From positions 288,001 to 352,000 of the forward strand of contig WJMO01000006.1 in assembly GCA_014727915.1 (NCBI GenBank): a DNA stretch of 64,000 nucleotides, given 5' to 3'. Positions 49,761-61,396 of the stretch are shown here, piece after piece; the first letter of the stretch is position 1, and each line of letters starts with the position of its first letter. The notes under the pieces were generated by a model, which was given only the letters and a program-made list of their open reading frames with translations, did no database searches and was not told the DNA's origin. The stretch comes from Candidatus Altiarchaeales archaeon (lineage in GTDB: Archaea > Altiarchaeota > Altiarchaeia > IMC4 > SCGC-AAA252-I15). The position numbers were made by a program, and so were the translations under genes.

Positions 49761-51152
49761 TTACCCTATGAACTCGCCATGCAGGGATTTCACAGCCTTT
49801 TCCACGTCATCGGATTCGATGACGAACGATATGTTCACTTCGCTGCTTCCCTGGGCGATCATCATTACGTTAACGTCGGCTTCCGCGACCGTGGCGAAGA
49901 CCTTGGAGGCGATGCCCTTGGTCCCTCTCATCCCAGCGCCGACGACCGTCAGGACATTGACTTCCTCGAGGACCGAGATGGACTTAAGGAAGTTGTTGGT
50001 GAAGACCATCCCAAGCGCGTCAAGCGCCCGCTCAACGTCGGACTCCGAGATGACGAAGCTAAGGTTGCTCTCGCTGGAACCGGATATCATGAGTATGTTT
50101 ATGTTGGCCTCCCCGAGGCATGAGAACACGCGCCCTGCGATGTTGGGGGTCTCTGCCATTCCAACACCCTCGAGGTTCACTATCACGACGTTCTTTATAA
50201 CCGCAACCGCCTTTATGACGCCAGAAACCTTCTTCTGCCTGCTCACTATCAAAGTTCCCTCGCAGGAGGGGTTGAATGTGTTCTTCACCCTGACAGGTAT
50301 CCTCCCCGTCATGGCAGGCTCTATCATCTTGCTGTGTATGACCTTAGCCCCGAAGTAGGCCAGGTCCATGGCCTCCACATAGGATAAGGTGGGTATCAGC
50401 TTGGCCTCCGACACCAGCTTGGGGTCGGTGGTCAAAATGCCGTCTACGTCCGTCCATATCTGAACCTCCTTGGCCTTCAGATAGTTGCCCAACAGGGAGG
50501 CGGTGTAGTCGGAGCCGCCCCTCCCAAGGGTGGTTATCCTGGCCTTCTCGTCGGCTGCTATGAACCCCGTCACGACAGGCGTTATCTTATTCTTCACGTG
50601 ACTTCCCAAGATGGAGTTTACCTGCTTCCTTGACTTGCTGTGCAGTGGATGGGCCCTGCCAAAGGAAGAGTCAGTTACTATACCCGCCTCGAATCCTGTC
50701 AACGAGGCAGACTTCACGCTTATAGAGTTAAGCGCGCCGGACATGACCAGGACGTTAAGCCTCTCCCCGAATGATTGTATGTAGTCCAGGCTCTTTGGGC
50801 TGAGGTCCTCAAGGTATCCGACACCCAACAGGGCTACCCGGAGCTTCTCTATGAGCTCGAGTGACTGGCTTAACACCTCGCCACGCTCCTTCTTGTTGGT
50901 TACCGCGCCTATGACCGCCTTCCTCTGCTGCATGGTCAGCTCCCTGCAGAACCGGCTCACCTCCCGCTCTACAACGGTGTTGGGCAGGTCTATCACTGAG
51001 GTAGCGATCTTTATGAGCTTGTCTGTAACGCCACCCATAGCAGAGACCACGACCACCTTAGGCCCCTTCTCAGCCTTCACCAGCTTGGCAGCAGCCTGGA
51101 TTCTCTTGCCGTCAGCGACCGAACTGCCGCCGAATTTCATCACAACAACCAT
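49761..51152 (-). CDS. lysC: Aspartate kinase
   Basis: KFGGSSV, TTLGRGGSD, WTDVDG, two ACT domains. Confidence 0.95.
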   Translation of the reverse strand: MVVVMKFGGSSVADGKRIQAAAKLVKAEKGPKVVVVSAMGGVTDKLIKIATSVIDLPNTVVEREVSRFCRELTMQQRKAVIGAVTNKKERGEVLSQSLELIEKLRVALLGVGYLEDLSPKSLDYIQSFGERLNVLVMSGALNSISVKSASLTGFEAGIVTDSSFGRAHPLHSKSRKQVNSILGSHVKNKITPVVTGFIAADEKARITTLGRGGSDYTASLLGNYLKAKEVQIWTDVDGILTTDPKLVSEAKLIPTLSYVEAMDLAYFGAKVIHSKMIEPAMTGRIPVRVKNTFNPSCEGTLIVSRQKKVSGVIKAVAVIKNVVIVNLEGVGMAETPNIAGRVFSCLGEANINILMISGSSESNLSFVISESDVERALDALGMVFTNNFLKSISVLEEVNVLTVVGAGMRGTKGIASKVFATVAEADVNVMMIAQGSSEVNISFVIESDDVEKAVKSLHGEFIG

Positions 51153-51216
51153 CGTAGAAGAAAATAGTGAATAACTTATATAAAAGAATCACGGATTGGA
51201 TGGGAGATGTGCTTTT

Positions 51217-51511
51217 GGTGGCTGTCGGTAGCCCGCCTTCTGTCAGCCTGTCTTGCGGCCTAATGCTCGCCTTGGCTGCCCGGGCATTCTTCTGAGCGCA
51301 GAATTTACTGCTTGCACCAGATCGTGGGACGGCATCCGTTTCACACAGTGCATGGACAACTCCCAATCAAGTTCATCGTTGGCGCCCAAACACGTCTACG
51401 TCTCTGCTATGCCATCCGGGCGCTCACGCACCCATCACAACAATGTCTGGTGGGCGGAACTTGCCTCAAAAACCCCTGAAAGGGACTTCGTAGGCCCGGC
51501 CAACAGCCACC
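51217..51511 (-). ncRNA. rnpB: RNase P RNA (archaeal)
   Basis: P1 GGUGGCUGUUGG/CCGACAGCCACC; CR-I GAGGCAAGUUCCGCCC; AGCAGAGAC and UGAAACGG; GGUGCAAG; CR-V ACAGAAGGCGGGCUA. Confidence 0.93.
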
Positions 51512-51557
51512 AAAAAAAGAAAAGGGAAACAAACAAATAAAAATGAAGAAAAAAGGG

Positions 51558-51730
51558 TGGAGGTGCAATTTTTCACGGTTTAAAGCAGTGTCTGGGCCAG
51601 TGCCACGGCTACTAAGAGGGCTAGCACCGCCACGATCTGAGCTGCTTCAGCCACCGTCGAAGCTCCCATGTTAAAGGTTAGGTCCGCTGGGGGACTAACC
51701 ACGGTCGTCGCAGTCACAGCCATCACCTCC
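51558..51730 (-). ncRNA. Unassigned structured RNA (~173 nt), overlapping a 45-47-codon hydrophobic ORF
   Basis: Upstream TTTATAT box (51751-51757), end pairing GGAGGUG/CACCUCC, nested stems, downstream U-tract. Confidence 0.55.
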
Positions 51731-51841
51731 AGTAAGGACTTAGGTGACCCATATAAAGAAGATAACGCCAATATAGGGCTAAAATAGGGCTAGAAGTGTG
51801 TGACCGAACGGTTAGTCTGGGTCGGTTGAAATAAAATGGCC

Positions 51842-51904
51842 GGAAGGTGGTGTAATTGGATGTATCCAATTGAGCATTTGACTTGTCGCCAAAGAGGCGC
51901 AGAG

Positions 51905-51905
<1 letters not shown>
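51842..51905 (-). other. 23S pre-rRNA processing stem, 3' arm (pairs with 54748-54810)
   Basis: Long imperfect inverted repeat ggaaggtggtgta..ggatgtat..gagcatttg / caaatgctc..atacatcc..tacaccaccttcc. Confidence 0.85.
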
Positions 51906-54745
<2,840 letters not shown>

Positions 54746-54936
54746 AAGACTCTACGTCTCTTTTTGGCGAGCCAAATGCTCTATATAATACATCCTATAC
54801 ACCACCTTCCAAAAGAAGAAAGCCAAAAAGAAAATTGGCTAACTTAGCATGAAAGGTTTCTCCACACGCCCGCCTGCGCAGGCATGCTTCAAGCGAAAAA
54901 ATTTTCCACCAAAATGAATTGATGAACGTGATTGTT

Positions 54937-55176
54937 TTATGGTTTTTTTATCTCACTGGGTTTGGGTAGTTCATCCGGTTGTATGTCGCAAAGCAGACCA
55001 TACAACTTTAGGGCCGCGCCTCTTGGCTGGCCCATGACAGTCTCTGCCAAGGCAAAACATGCCTCGGATAGCTCACCATCCCCGGGGGGGCAGTTGAGCT
55101 TCACCTGAAACTGCTTTGCAAGACGGAGCCTATCCGCCTCATGCCATTGGATTTCATTACCTTTTGTTGCTTGCAT
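54937..55176 (-). CDS. Hypothetical 79-aa protein inside the rRNA internal spacer
   Basis: ATG-to-TAA ORF filling most of the gap between tRNA-Ala and the 23S leader; no homology recognised. Confidence 0.45.
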   Translation of the reverse strand: MQATKGNEIQWHEADRLRLAKQFQVKLNCPPGDGELSEACFALAETVMGQPRGAALKLYGLLCDIQPDELPKPSEIKKP

Positions 55177-55190
55177 TTTAACCCAATTGA

Positions 55191-55341
55191 TGGACTCGTC
55201 GGGATTTGAACCCGAGGCCTCCCGCGAACTCGGAACCTTTTACGGACACGGAATATTATTTTCCGTGAACGCTTTTACGGCCTGTAGGCCGGAAAAGGGT
55301 TCTTGCAAGGCGGACGATCTACCGGACTGATCTACGAGCCC
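55191..55341 (-). tRNA. tRNA-Ala(UGC) with 77-nt intron (55227-55303) at 37/38
   Basis: Cloverleaf with G3-U70; canonical BHB (CUUG/CGAG helix with two 3-nt bulges). Confidence 0.95.
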
Positions 55342-55483
55342 CTGAATAAAGTTTCTTGGATTCACCCCAACGGGTTCCATGAATTTTTTGTGTTCAAGTC
55401 TTTTGCTGGAAGAATTTTAGCCCCTGTGCGCGGAAGGCAAATATTCCGCATTGTAAAAGAAGCAAACACATGTTGGTTTGCTT

Positions 55484-56974
55484 GGAGGTGATCCAGCCGC
55501 AGATTCCCCTACGGCTACCTTGTTACGACTTCACCCCCCTCGCGAACCCGAGATTCGACACACCCGAAAATCGAGTATGCCTCACCTCCAATCCACTCAG
55601 TTGGTGTGACGGGCGGTGTGTGCAAGGAACAGGGACATATTCACCGCTTTATGGTAAAAAGCGATTACTAGGGATTTCACCTTCATGAGGGTGAGTTTCA
55701 ACCCTCAATCCGTACTGGGACATGGTTTAGGGGATTAGCTCCGCCTTTCGGTGTTGCAACCCATTGTCCATGCCATTGTATGCCGCGTGTAGCCCAGACG
55801 ATTCGGAGCATACAGACCTACCGTCGCCCGCGCCTTCCTCACACTCATCGCATGCAGTCCCCCTATAGTGCCCCACAAGTCTCCTCGTGGGTTGCAAATA
55901 GGGGTACGGGTCTCGCTCGTTAACGGACTTAACCGTACGCCTCACGGTACGAGCTGACGACGGCCATGCACTACCTCTCGGCTCGTTCGGCAAGACCTTT
56001 AGCCTGGCCTTCATCCTGCCGTCGCGTCTGGTAAGTTTCCCGGCGTTGTATCCAATTGAACCGCAGCATCCACCCCTTGTGGTGTTCCCCCGCCAATTCC
56101 TTTAAGTTTCAGCCTTGCGACCGTACTCCCCAGGTGGTGGGTTTAACGGTTTCCCTTCAGCACTCCCCGAACACGAGGTTCAGGGAACACTAAACCCACA
56201 TCGTTTACGGCTAGGACTACCAGGGTATCTAATCCTGTTCGCTCCCCTAGCTCTCGTACCTCATCGTCAGGCCCGTTCCAGAGTGGCGCCTTCGCTACCG
56301 GTGGTCCTCCAGGGATTATAGCATTTCACCGCTACCCCCAGAATACCCCACTCCTGCCCCGGCCTCAAGCCCAGTAGTATTTTCTGCAAGCCCTACGGTT
56401 AAGCCGCAGGATTTCACAGAAAACTTGCTGAACCGACTACGCACGCTCTAAACCCAGTAAACGCGATCACCACTTGAGCTGCTGGTGTTACCGCGGAGGC
56501 TGGCACCAGTCTTACCCAGCCCTTATTCCCAGAGCTATTTACACTCTGTAAAAGCACACGTTGTACGTGCGCACTTGGGGTCCCCTCGTCACGCTTGCGC
56601 GCATTGCGAAGGTTTCGCGACTGCTGCGCTCCGTAGAGCCTGGACCTTTGTCTCAGTGTCCATCTCCCGGCTCCCACTCTCATGGCCGGTACAGATCGTA
56701 GCCACGGTAGGCCATTACCCTACCGTCAAACTAATCCGCCGCAGACTCATCCTGAGGCGATGGACCGGATACAGGTCTTCTCCTTTGAGCGGCGGACATT
56801 CCAGTGCTCGCCGCCTATGGGGGATTGTCCTCAGTTTCCCGAGGTTATACCCCTCCCCAGGGCAGATTGTCCACGTGTTACTGAGCTGGTTGCCCGGACC
56901 TTAACCGTGTCCGAAACGTGCATGTCTTAATCAAACCCCAATAGCAGTGACCTCGAGCAGGATCAACTCGAGTT
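55484..56974 (-). rRNA. rrs: 16S rRNA
   Basis: 3' GGAUCACCUCC, GUAACAAGGUAGCCGU, AUUAGAUACCC, AAAGGAAUUGGCGGGGG; 5' GUUGAUCCUGC; flanking processing stem. Confidence 0.98.
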
Positions 56975-57277
56975 AATGTACGTATCGCTGATTGTTTTTT
57001 GGAATTGTATGGTCTTCCACACACAGGTATAGCTATTTCCAGCGTTTGAACACGTCAGACAGCCCCCATGCAGAGGATGTCATCATAAATTGCCCACACT
57101 AGCATGGATCGGACTCCACGGAAGGTGCAGACGCCCAAACCGCTTCTAGGCCCAACAAAACCAGATGTGAGGCGATTCCAAATCAACACTTTCCCGCATT
57201 TTGCGGGGTTGTCTCATTTAATTGGAAAAACACATTGCGCAAAGGGAATTTCGCGCGGACAATATATAGGCAACCTC

Positions 57278-57288
57278 TATTTATAAAT
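57278..57288 (-). promoter_or_regulatory. Probable TATA box of the rRNA operon
   Basis: TTTATAAATA on the minus strand ~300 nt upstream of 16S. Confidence 0.45.
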
Positions 57289-57947
57289 CAACTGTAGATG
57301 CCGGATATCGTTCCGCTCGAGGTGAAATCGGCTTTTTTCTGTCCTCCGGCCGTTACCAGGAGTTCTCTGCGCTTTTTGTCCACCATATCATCGATTTTCT
57401 CATCTGAAACGCCCATATTCCGGAAGGACTTGGCCTGGTCCAGGACCTTTGCATAATCAAGGGAACGCTGTGTCGCCGTAGACTCCAGAACGACTTCCAA
57501 CATGAATATCCTTCCCCTCATGTTGAGGTCTGGAGCGCAGTTAGATGCTGATATGTTCTTCCTCTCGCCCGCCCCAAGGTTGAAGGGCGTTTTAGTGATT
57601 AAGTCGCATCTTCCAGAGTCCCGGTTCCAAAGGCTTATTTTCCTCACGGTCGCCGTGTCCAAACCATAGTTGGCAACATTGAATGATAGTCTTCCAGTAT
57701 CGCCGTCTATGGACGGCGAATCCGGAATCAGCACCTTCAGCGACTCTGCCACTTCTTCCTTGGGCTCCATAAGGCCTGAAATGTAGTCGAAGACGCCAAG
57801 CCACCACATAAGTAGGATGAGAGTGACAAAGGTTATGACATAGTCCTTCTTAGAGGGTTGGACGTTCACCGGCAGACTGCCAATGGATCGGCTAGGCTGG
57901 CCTGTTTTATCGTCTGTTTTAGATTCAGCTTCGAGGTCAGGGGACAT
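57288..57947 (-). CDS. Membrane-anchored protein with pilin-like extracellular domain
   Basis: One TM, then N.G...C...GE....C...SSGTISG pattern shared with pilins in this window; directly follows a pilin gene. Confidence 0.6.
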   Translation of the reverse strand: MSPDLEAESKTDDKTGQPSRSIGSLPVNVQPSKKDYVITFVTLILLMWWLGVFDYISGLMEPKEEVAESLKVLIPDSPSIDGDTGRLSFNVANYGLDTATVRKISLWNRDSGRCDLITKTPFNLGAGERKNISASNCAPDLNMRGRIFMLEVVLESTATQRSLDYAKVLDQAKSFRNMGVSDEKIDDMVDKKRRELLVTAGGQKKADFTSSGTISGIYS

Positions 57948-57948
57948 T

Positions 57949-58623
57949 TTAAGTCCAGGTTATGATTCCCGTACTGTGCTCGACAGTCTGAACGTTACCA
58001 ATCTTTAAAACATATTCTATGTCGATGTATGCGCTTCCCGGATGCCCTGAGCTTACATCCAGACATTTGTCATCCAAACCTTCGATGCCGCCGCCGCCAA
58101 CTTTGATAGTGCCCTCCTGGGGGACCTCATAGTCTTCCACGCCATCGCCAGTATGGTCAACGCATTCGAACACTTGTGAGCCGTAGAGCCCACCAGGCGC
58201 GTAGTCACAGTCTACGATGCTACTATCTTGATAGTGGACTATCTTGCCCTTGTCCGTCTCAGCCAGGCCGTAACCGCATTTCAAATCATGTGATGTGGCT
58301 CCGCCGGTGGGGACCTCGGACTCAGGGGACATGCTGACACTGACGTTCTGCACGTACACTTTAGTGTTCAACGTGTTGGTGAATATGCACACCAGCCCCC
58401 TGTCAAGGGACCCGCCGCCCAGGGCGTTCTCGGTTATCCCGCAGGTGGAAAGCAAGGGCTTGAACGCGCCGGTGAAACCGGATTCTGTGAAGTGGCCGCC
58501 GCCGCCGAAGTTGAATATCCCCAGCCGCCACATGGCAATGCCAGCGACCATCACAACGATAATAGCCCAGCCGTAGGTCATCAGGTACTCCATAGCACCC
58601 TGACCCCTCCTATGAGAAAACAT
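57949..58623 (-). CDS. Archaeal type IV pilin (class III signal peptide)
   Basis: RRG/QGAMEYLMTYGWAIIVV; TTTTATAA box upstream at ~58656-58663. Confidence 0.9.
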   Translation of the reverse strand: MFSHRRGQGAMEYLMTYGWAIIVVMVAGIAMWRLGIFNFGGGGHFTESGFTGAFKPLLSTCGITENALGGGSLDRGLVCIFTNTLNTKVYVQNVSVSMSPESEVPTGGATSHDLKCGYGLAETDKGKIVHYQDSSIVDCDYAPGGLYGSQVFECVDHTGDGVEDYEVPQEGTIKVGGGGIEGLDDKCLDVSSGHPGSAYIDIEYVLKIGNVQTVEHSTGIITWT

Positions 58624-58667
58624 GGTAAATACAGTAACATATTGGACGAGAAAGCTTATAAAAACAG

Positions 58668-59076
58668 GTGGGCCGCGGGGGGCTACCGGCCCCCTCAGTT
58701 CCAAGTTCCTCCTGATCCCCCCGAAACGAATATTGTGCCGCCCAAAGGTGGCACAAATGCAGTAACCAGAATGAATCAATGACGATTGGCTAGAAAAAAG
58801 TACAACCAATAATATTGGCCCAGCAAGGGCGAACATACCATGGTGGATAATTGATTCAACCAGACAATTAGATTTGTCAGAAATGCTCGAGCAATATACA
58901 ATGAAGCCTCCAGCGACTCAAGCGATTATTGCTAAGTACCAACTAAATAGGATATGAAAAACCTCTTTTGAGGATAGCCTCTCAAATTTTATATCCATTT
59001 TGATAGTGCATTCTGGGGGGTCGTAGACCCCCCCATTTCGCTTCGCGTGTCCACGGAGCGAGCCGTGGGCCGCGGG
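58668..59076. mobile_element. ~400-bp islet at the tRNA-His 3' end bounded by a 12-bp direct repeat
   Basis: GTGGGCCGCGGG at 58668-58679 and 59065-59076; AT-rich interior; G-run/C-run hairpins just inside both ends. Confidence 0.5.
58695..58998 (-). pseudogene. Degraded small membrane-protein gene
   Basis: MDIKFERL...YLAIIA*VAGGFIVY...ALAGPILLVV; in-frame TGA at 58918-58920 and probable frameshift at a T6 run. Confidence 0.4.
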
Positions 59077-59215
59077 CGGAATTTGAATCCGCGTCGCCGG
59101 ATAGCTGCAACCTGTCGTATGCCCGGAATTATTATCTTCCGTCAACGCTTTCGCCCGGAGGGCGGAAGAGGGTTGCCACAGTCCAGTAGGATAACCAGGC
59201 TACCCCACCGCGGCC
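59068..59215 (-). tRNA. tRNA-His(GUG) with encoded G-1 and 73-nt intron (59103-59175)
   Basis: Cloverleaf, G-1:C73, BHB (CUGU/GCAG helix). Confidence 0.93.
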
Positions 59216-59257
59216 ATAATGTGGGTATGTATTAGGGCCTTATTCGAATAAAAGGTT

Positions 59258-59536
59258 TTATTTCAGTATCTCAATCGCCTGTTCACCGAGCATCCCTTCT
59301 GTTATTCCGAGCTCTCTTGCCTTCGAAGTGCATGCTGCTATCTCTGCTTTCAGGACATCGGAAAAGGTGGACACACCTGTCACTACCGCCGCGGCCTGAC
59401 CTATCTCCTCCGCCTTCTTAAGGTTGAGCAGCCCGCACATTAGATAACCCCTTTCACCGACTACCAATATCATGTTGGCGCTGGGGAGTCGGGCCTTCAG
59501 TCCTAGACAGCCGTTTATTATGCGTGTCTCGATCAT
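59258..59536 (-). CDS. YunC/DUF1805-family protein
   Basis: GYLMCGLL, AAAVVTGV, A.ELGI.EGM.G. Confidence 0.88.
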   Translation of the reverse strand: MIETRIINGCLGLKARLPSANMILVVGERGYLMCGLLNLKKAEEIGQAAAVVTGVSTFSDVLKAEIAACTSKARELGITEGMLGEQAIEILK

Positions 59537-60387
59537 CCGCCCTTCACCTTATGCCTGGTTATCATCGTCCCAGTGCCCGTTACAGTTAGTATCTCCTCTA
59601 GTATGGCGTGTTTGCTGGCCTTGATTATGTGGGTCCGCTCCACGCCGTTCTTCAAGGCGTGAGTGCATGCCTTGATCTTGGGTATCATGCCGCCGACTAT
59701 CACGTCATCCCTTATGAGCCTGTTGGCTTCCGTGACGGTCAGCCGATGAACAAGCTTTCTTTTCTTGTCCAACACGCCTTCTACGTTGGTCAATATTATA
59801 AGCTTCTTGGCCTTGAGCGAAGCGGCGAGTTCGGCGGCGGCAGTGTCGGCGTTAATGTTCAGCGTGTCGCCTTCCCGTGTCAAACCTATGGGCGATATTA
59901 TGGGTATGTACCCGCTGTCCAACTGTGTCTTAACGATCTTGGGGTTCACATTCCTTATTTCTCCCACCTGGCCGAGGTCCACTTTTTTCTTCTTCTGCTT
60001 CACAGCCTCGAAGAGGCATCCGGACTTTCCGGACAAGCCGATGACTTCTCCGCCGTGCTTGTGTATGACCCCGACCAGCTGCTGGTTCACCTTGCCGGAA
60101 AGTACCATCTCCACTATGTCCATGGTTTCCCTGTCCGTGACACGCAATCCCTTCACGAAAGCGGGCTTTTTTCCGAATTTTTCCATTGCCTCGGAGATCT
60201 CCACGCCCCCGCCGTGGACGACGACCGTTCTTATGCCCAGCGCATTCAATAGTATCAGGTCTTTAGCAACGGAGTCGACAACATCCTTATCCAGGAGGGT
60301 CTCCCCCCCGAATTTTATGACGAACGCGTCTCCGCTGAACTTCCTTATGTACTCTATGGCCTCTACAAGTATCTCGGACTTCCTCAT
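59533..60387 (-). CDS. argB: Acetylglutamate kinase
   Basis: VIKFGG, VHGGG, GLRVTD, NINAD, GGMIPK. Confidence 0.96.
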   Translation of the reverse strand: MRKSEILVEAIEYIRKFSGDAFVIKFGGETLLDKDVVDSVAKDLILLNALGIRTVVVHGGGVEISEAMEKFGKKPAFVKGLRVTDRETMDIVEMVLSGKVNQQLVGVIHKHGGEVIGLSGKSGCLFEAVKQKKKKVDLGQVGEIRNVNPKIVKTQLDSGYIPIISPIGLTREGDTLNINADTAAAELAASLKAKKLIILTNVEGVLDKKRKLVHRLTVTEANRLIRDDVIVGGMIPKIKACTHALKNGVERTHIIKASKHAILEEILTVTGTGTMITRHKVKGG

Positions 60388-60486
60388 ACCCGTAGAATAT
60401 TCGTTTAAAAGGATAAATAAAATAAGAAGCGGGTCAGGGCATGCGACCGTCTTTTATATAGCCACCTGTTAATACAATAAGCCAAG

Positions 60487-61134
60487 ATGTACATCATAAT
60501 AATCGGCGGGGGAGGCATCGGAAAATCGCTCTCCAACCATCTCGTGAGCGAAGGCCATGAGGTCGTAATCATCGAGAGGGAGGAGGAGAGAGGCAAGACC
60601 CTAGCCGACTCCATGGACTTAATCGTCATACACGGAGACGGCAGCTCCACGGAGATACTGAAGGACGCGGGGGTGGAAAGGGCTGACGCCGTGGCTGTCT
60701 TAACAGCCGACGACAACACTAACCTGACCATCTGCCAGATGCTGAAGAAGTTCAACGTCCCGAAGATAGTGGCGCGGGTGAACGAGCCTGACAAGAAAGA
60801 CCTGTACATAAGCCTTGAGATCACCGCCTCGATAAGCATCGTCTCGGCTGCGGTGAGCCAGATCAAGAACGCCCTCACCAAGGAGAAGGGGAGGAGCATG
60901 ATGAGCATCGCAGGGGGTAATGCCGAGGTCGTTGAGATACGGTTGACCAACGAGAAGCTGGACGGGAAGAAGATAAAGGACATCGGCCTCCCATACGGGG
61001 CGCTGATAGGTGTCGTCTACAGGAACGGGGAGGTCATAATCGGGACGGACGAGACCATACTGAAGAAAGAGGACGTCCTGACCGTCATAACAAAGACGGA
61101 AGTGATCCAGGATGTCACCACAATACTGAAGTAG
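60487..61134 (+). CDS. trkA: TrkA-family potassium-uptake regulatory subunit
   Basis: GGGGIG Rossmann motif, GDG, RCK_N plus RCK_C. Confidence 0.92.
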   Translation: MYIIIIGGGGIGKSLSNHLVSEGHEVVIIEREEERGKTLADSMDLIVIHGDGSSTEILKDAGVERADAVAVLTADDNTNLTICQMLKKFNVPKIVARVNEPDKKDLYISLEITASISIVSAAVSQIKNALTKEKGRSMMSIAGGNAEVVEIRLTNEKLDGKKIKDIGLPYGALIGVVYRNGEVIIGTDETILKKEDVLTVITKTEVIQDVTTILK

Positions 61135-61140
61135 AGCTTC

Positions 61141-61395
61141 TCAGATCATGTTGAAGAAGTGGAGCACGACCAAAGCCCCCACGCCGGGTATGCCGAACAA
61201 CGCGCATACCAGCACGGTCGCAAGGTTCACTGGTATCCACCAGCCCAGGTAGTGGTTTAGGAAGAATAGGATCAGGACTCCCGCCAAACCGTTCACCAAG
61301 AGAATTGAGGCTTTTACTGCTAGCTTCTTTATGAGAGACCAGAATAACACTAGAAACGCCAGCAATATGACCGCTGCTGCGATGTATTCGATCAT
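61141..61395 (-). CDS. BofA-like small membrane protein
   Basis: NGLAG, IPVN, GIPG motifs; hydrophobic. Confidence 0.8.
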   Translation of the reverse strand: MIEYIAAAVILLAFLVLFWSLIKKLAVKASILLVNGLAGVLILFFLNHYLGWWIPVNLATVLVCALFGIPGVGALVVLHFFNMI

Positions 61396-61396
61396 C

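Noticed and set aside
51217-51511. Lysine riboswitch upstream of aspartate kinase
   Set aside because: RNase P conserved regions account for the whole element
51558-51730. 5S rRNA, SRP RNA or fluoride riboswitch assignment
   Set aside because: Lacks the 5S CCGAAC loop, the SRP CAGG..GNRA..AGCA helix 8, and the fluoride GAUGG.GUUC.CC core; left unassigned
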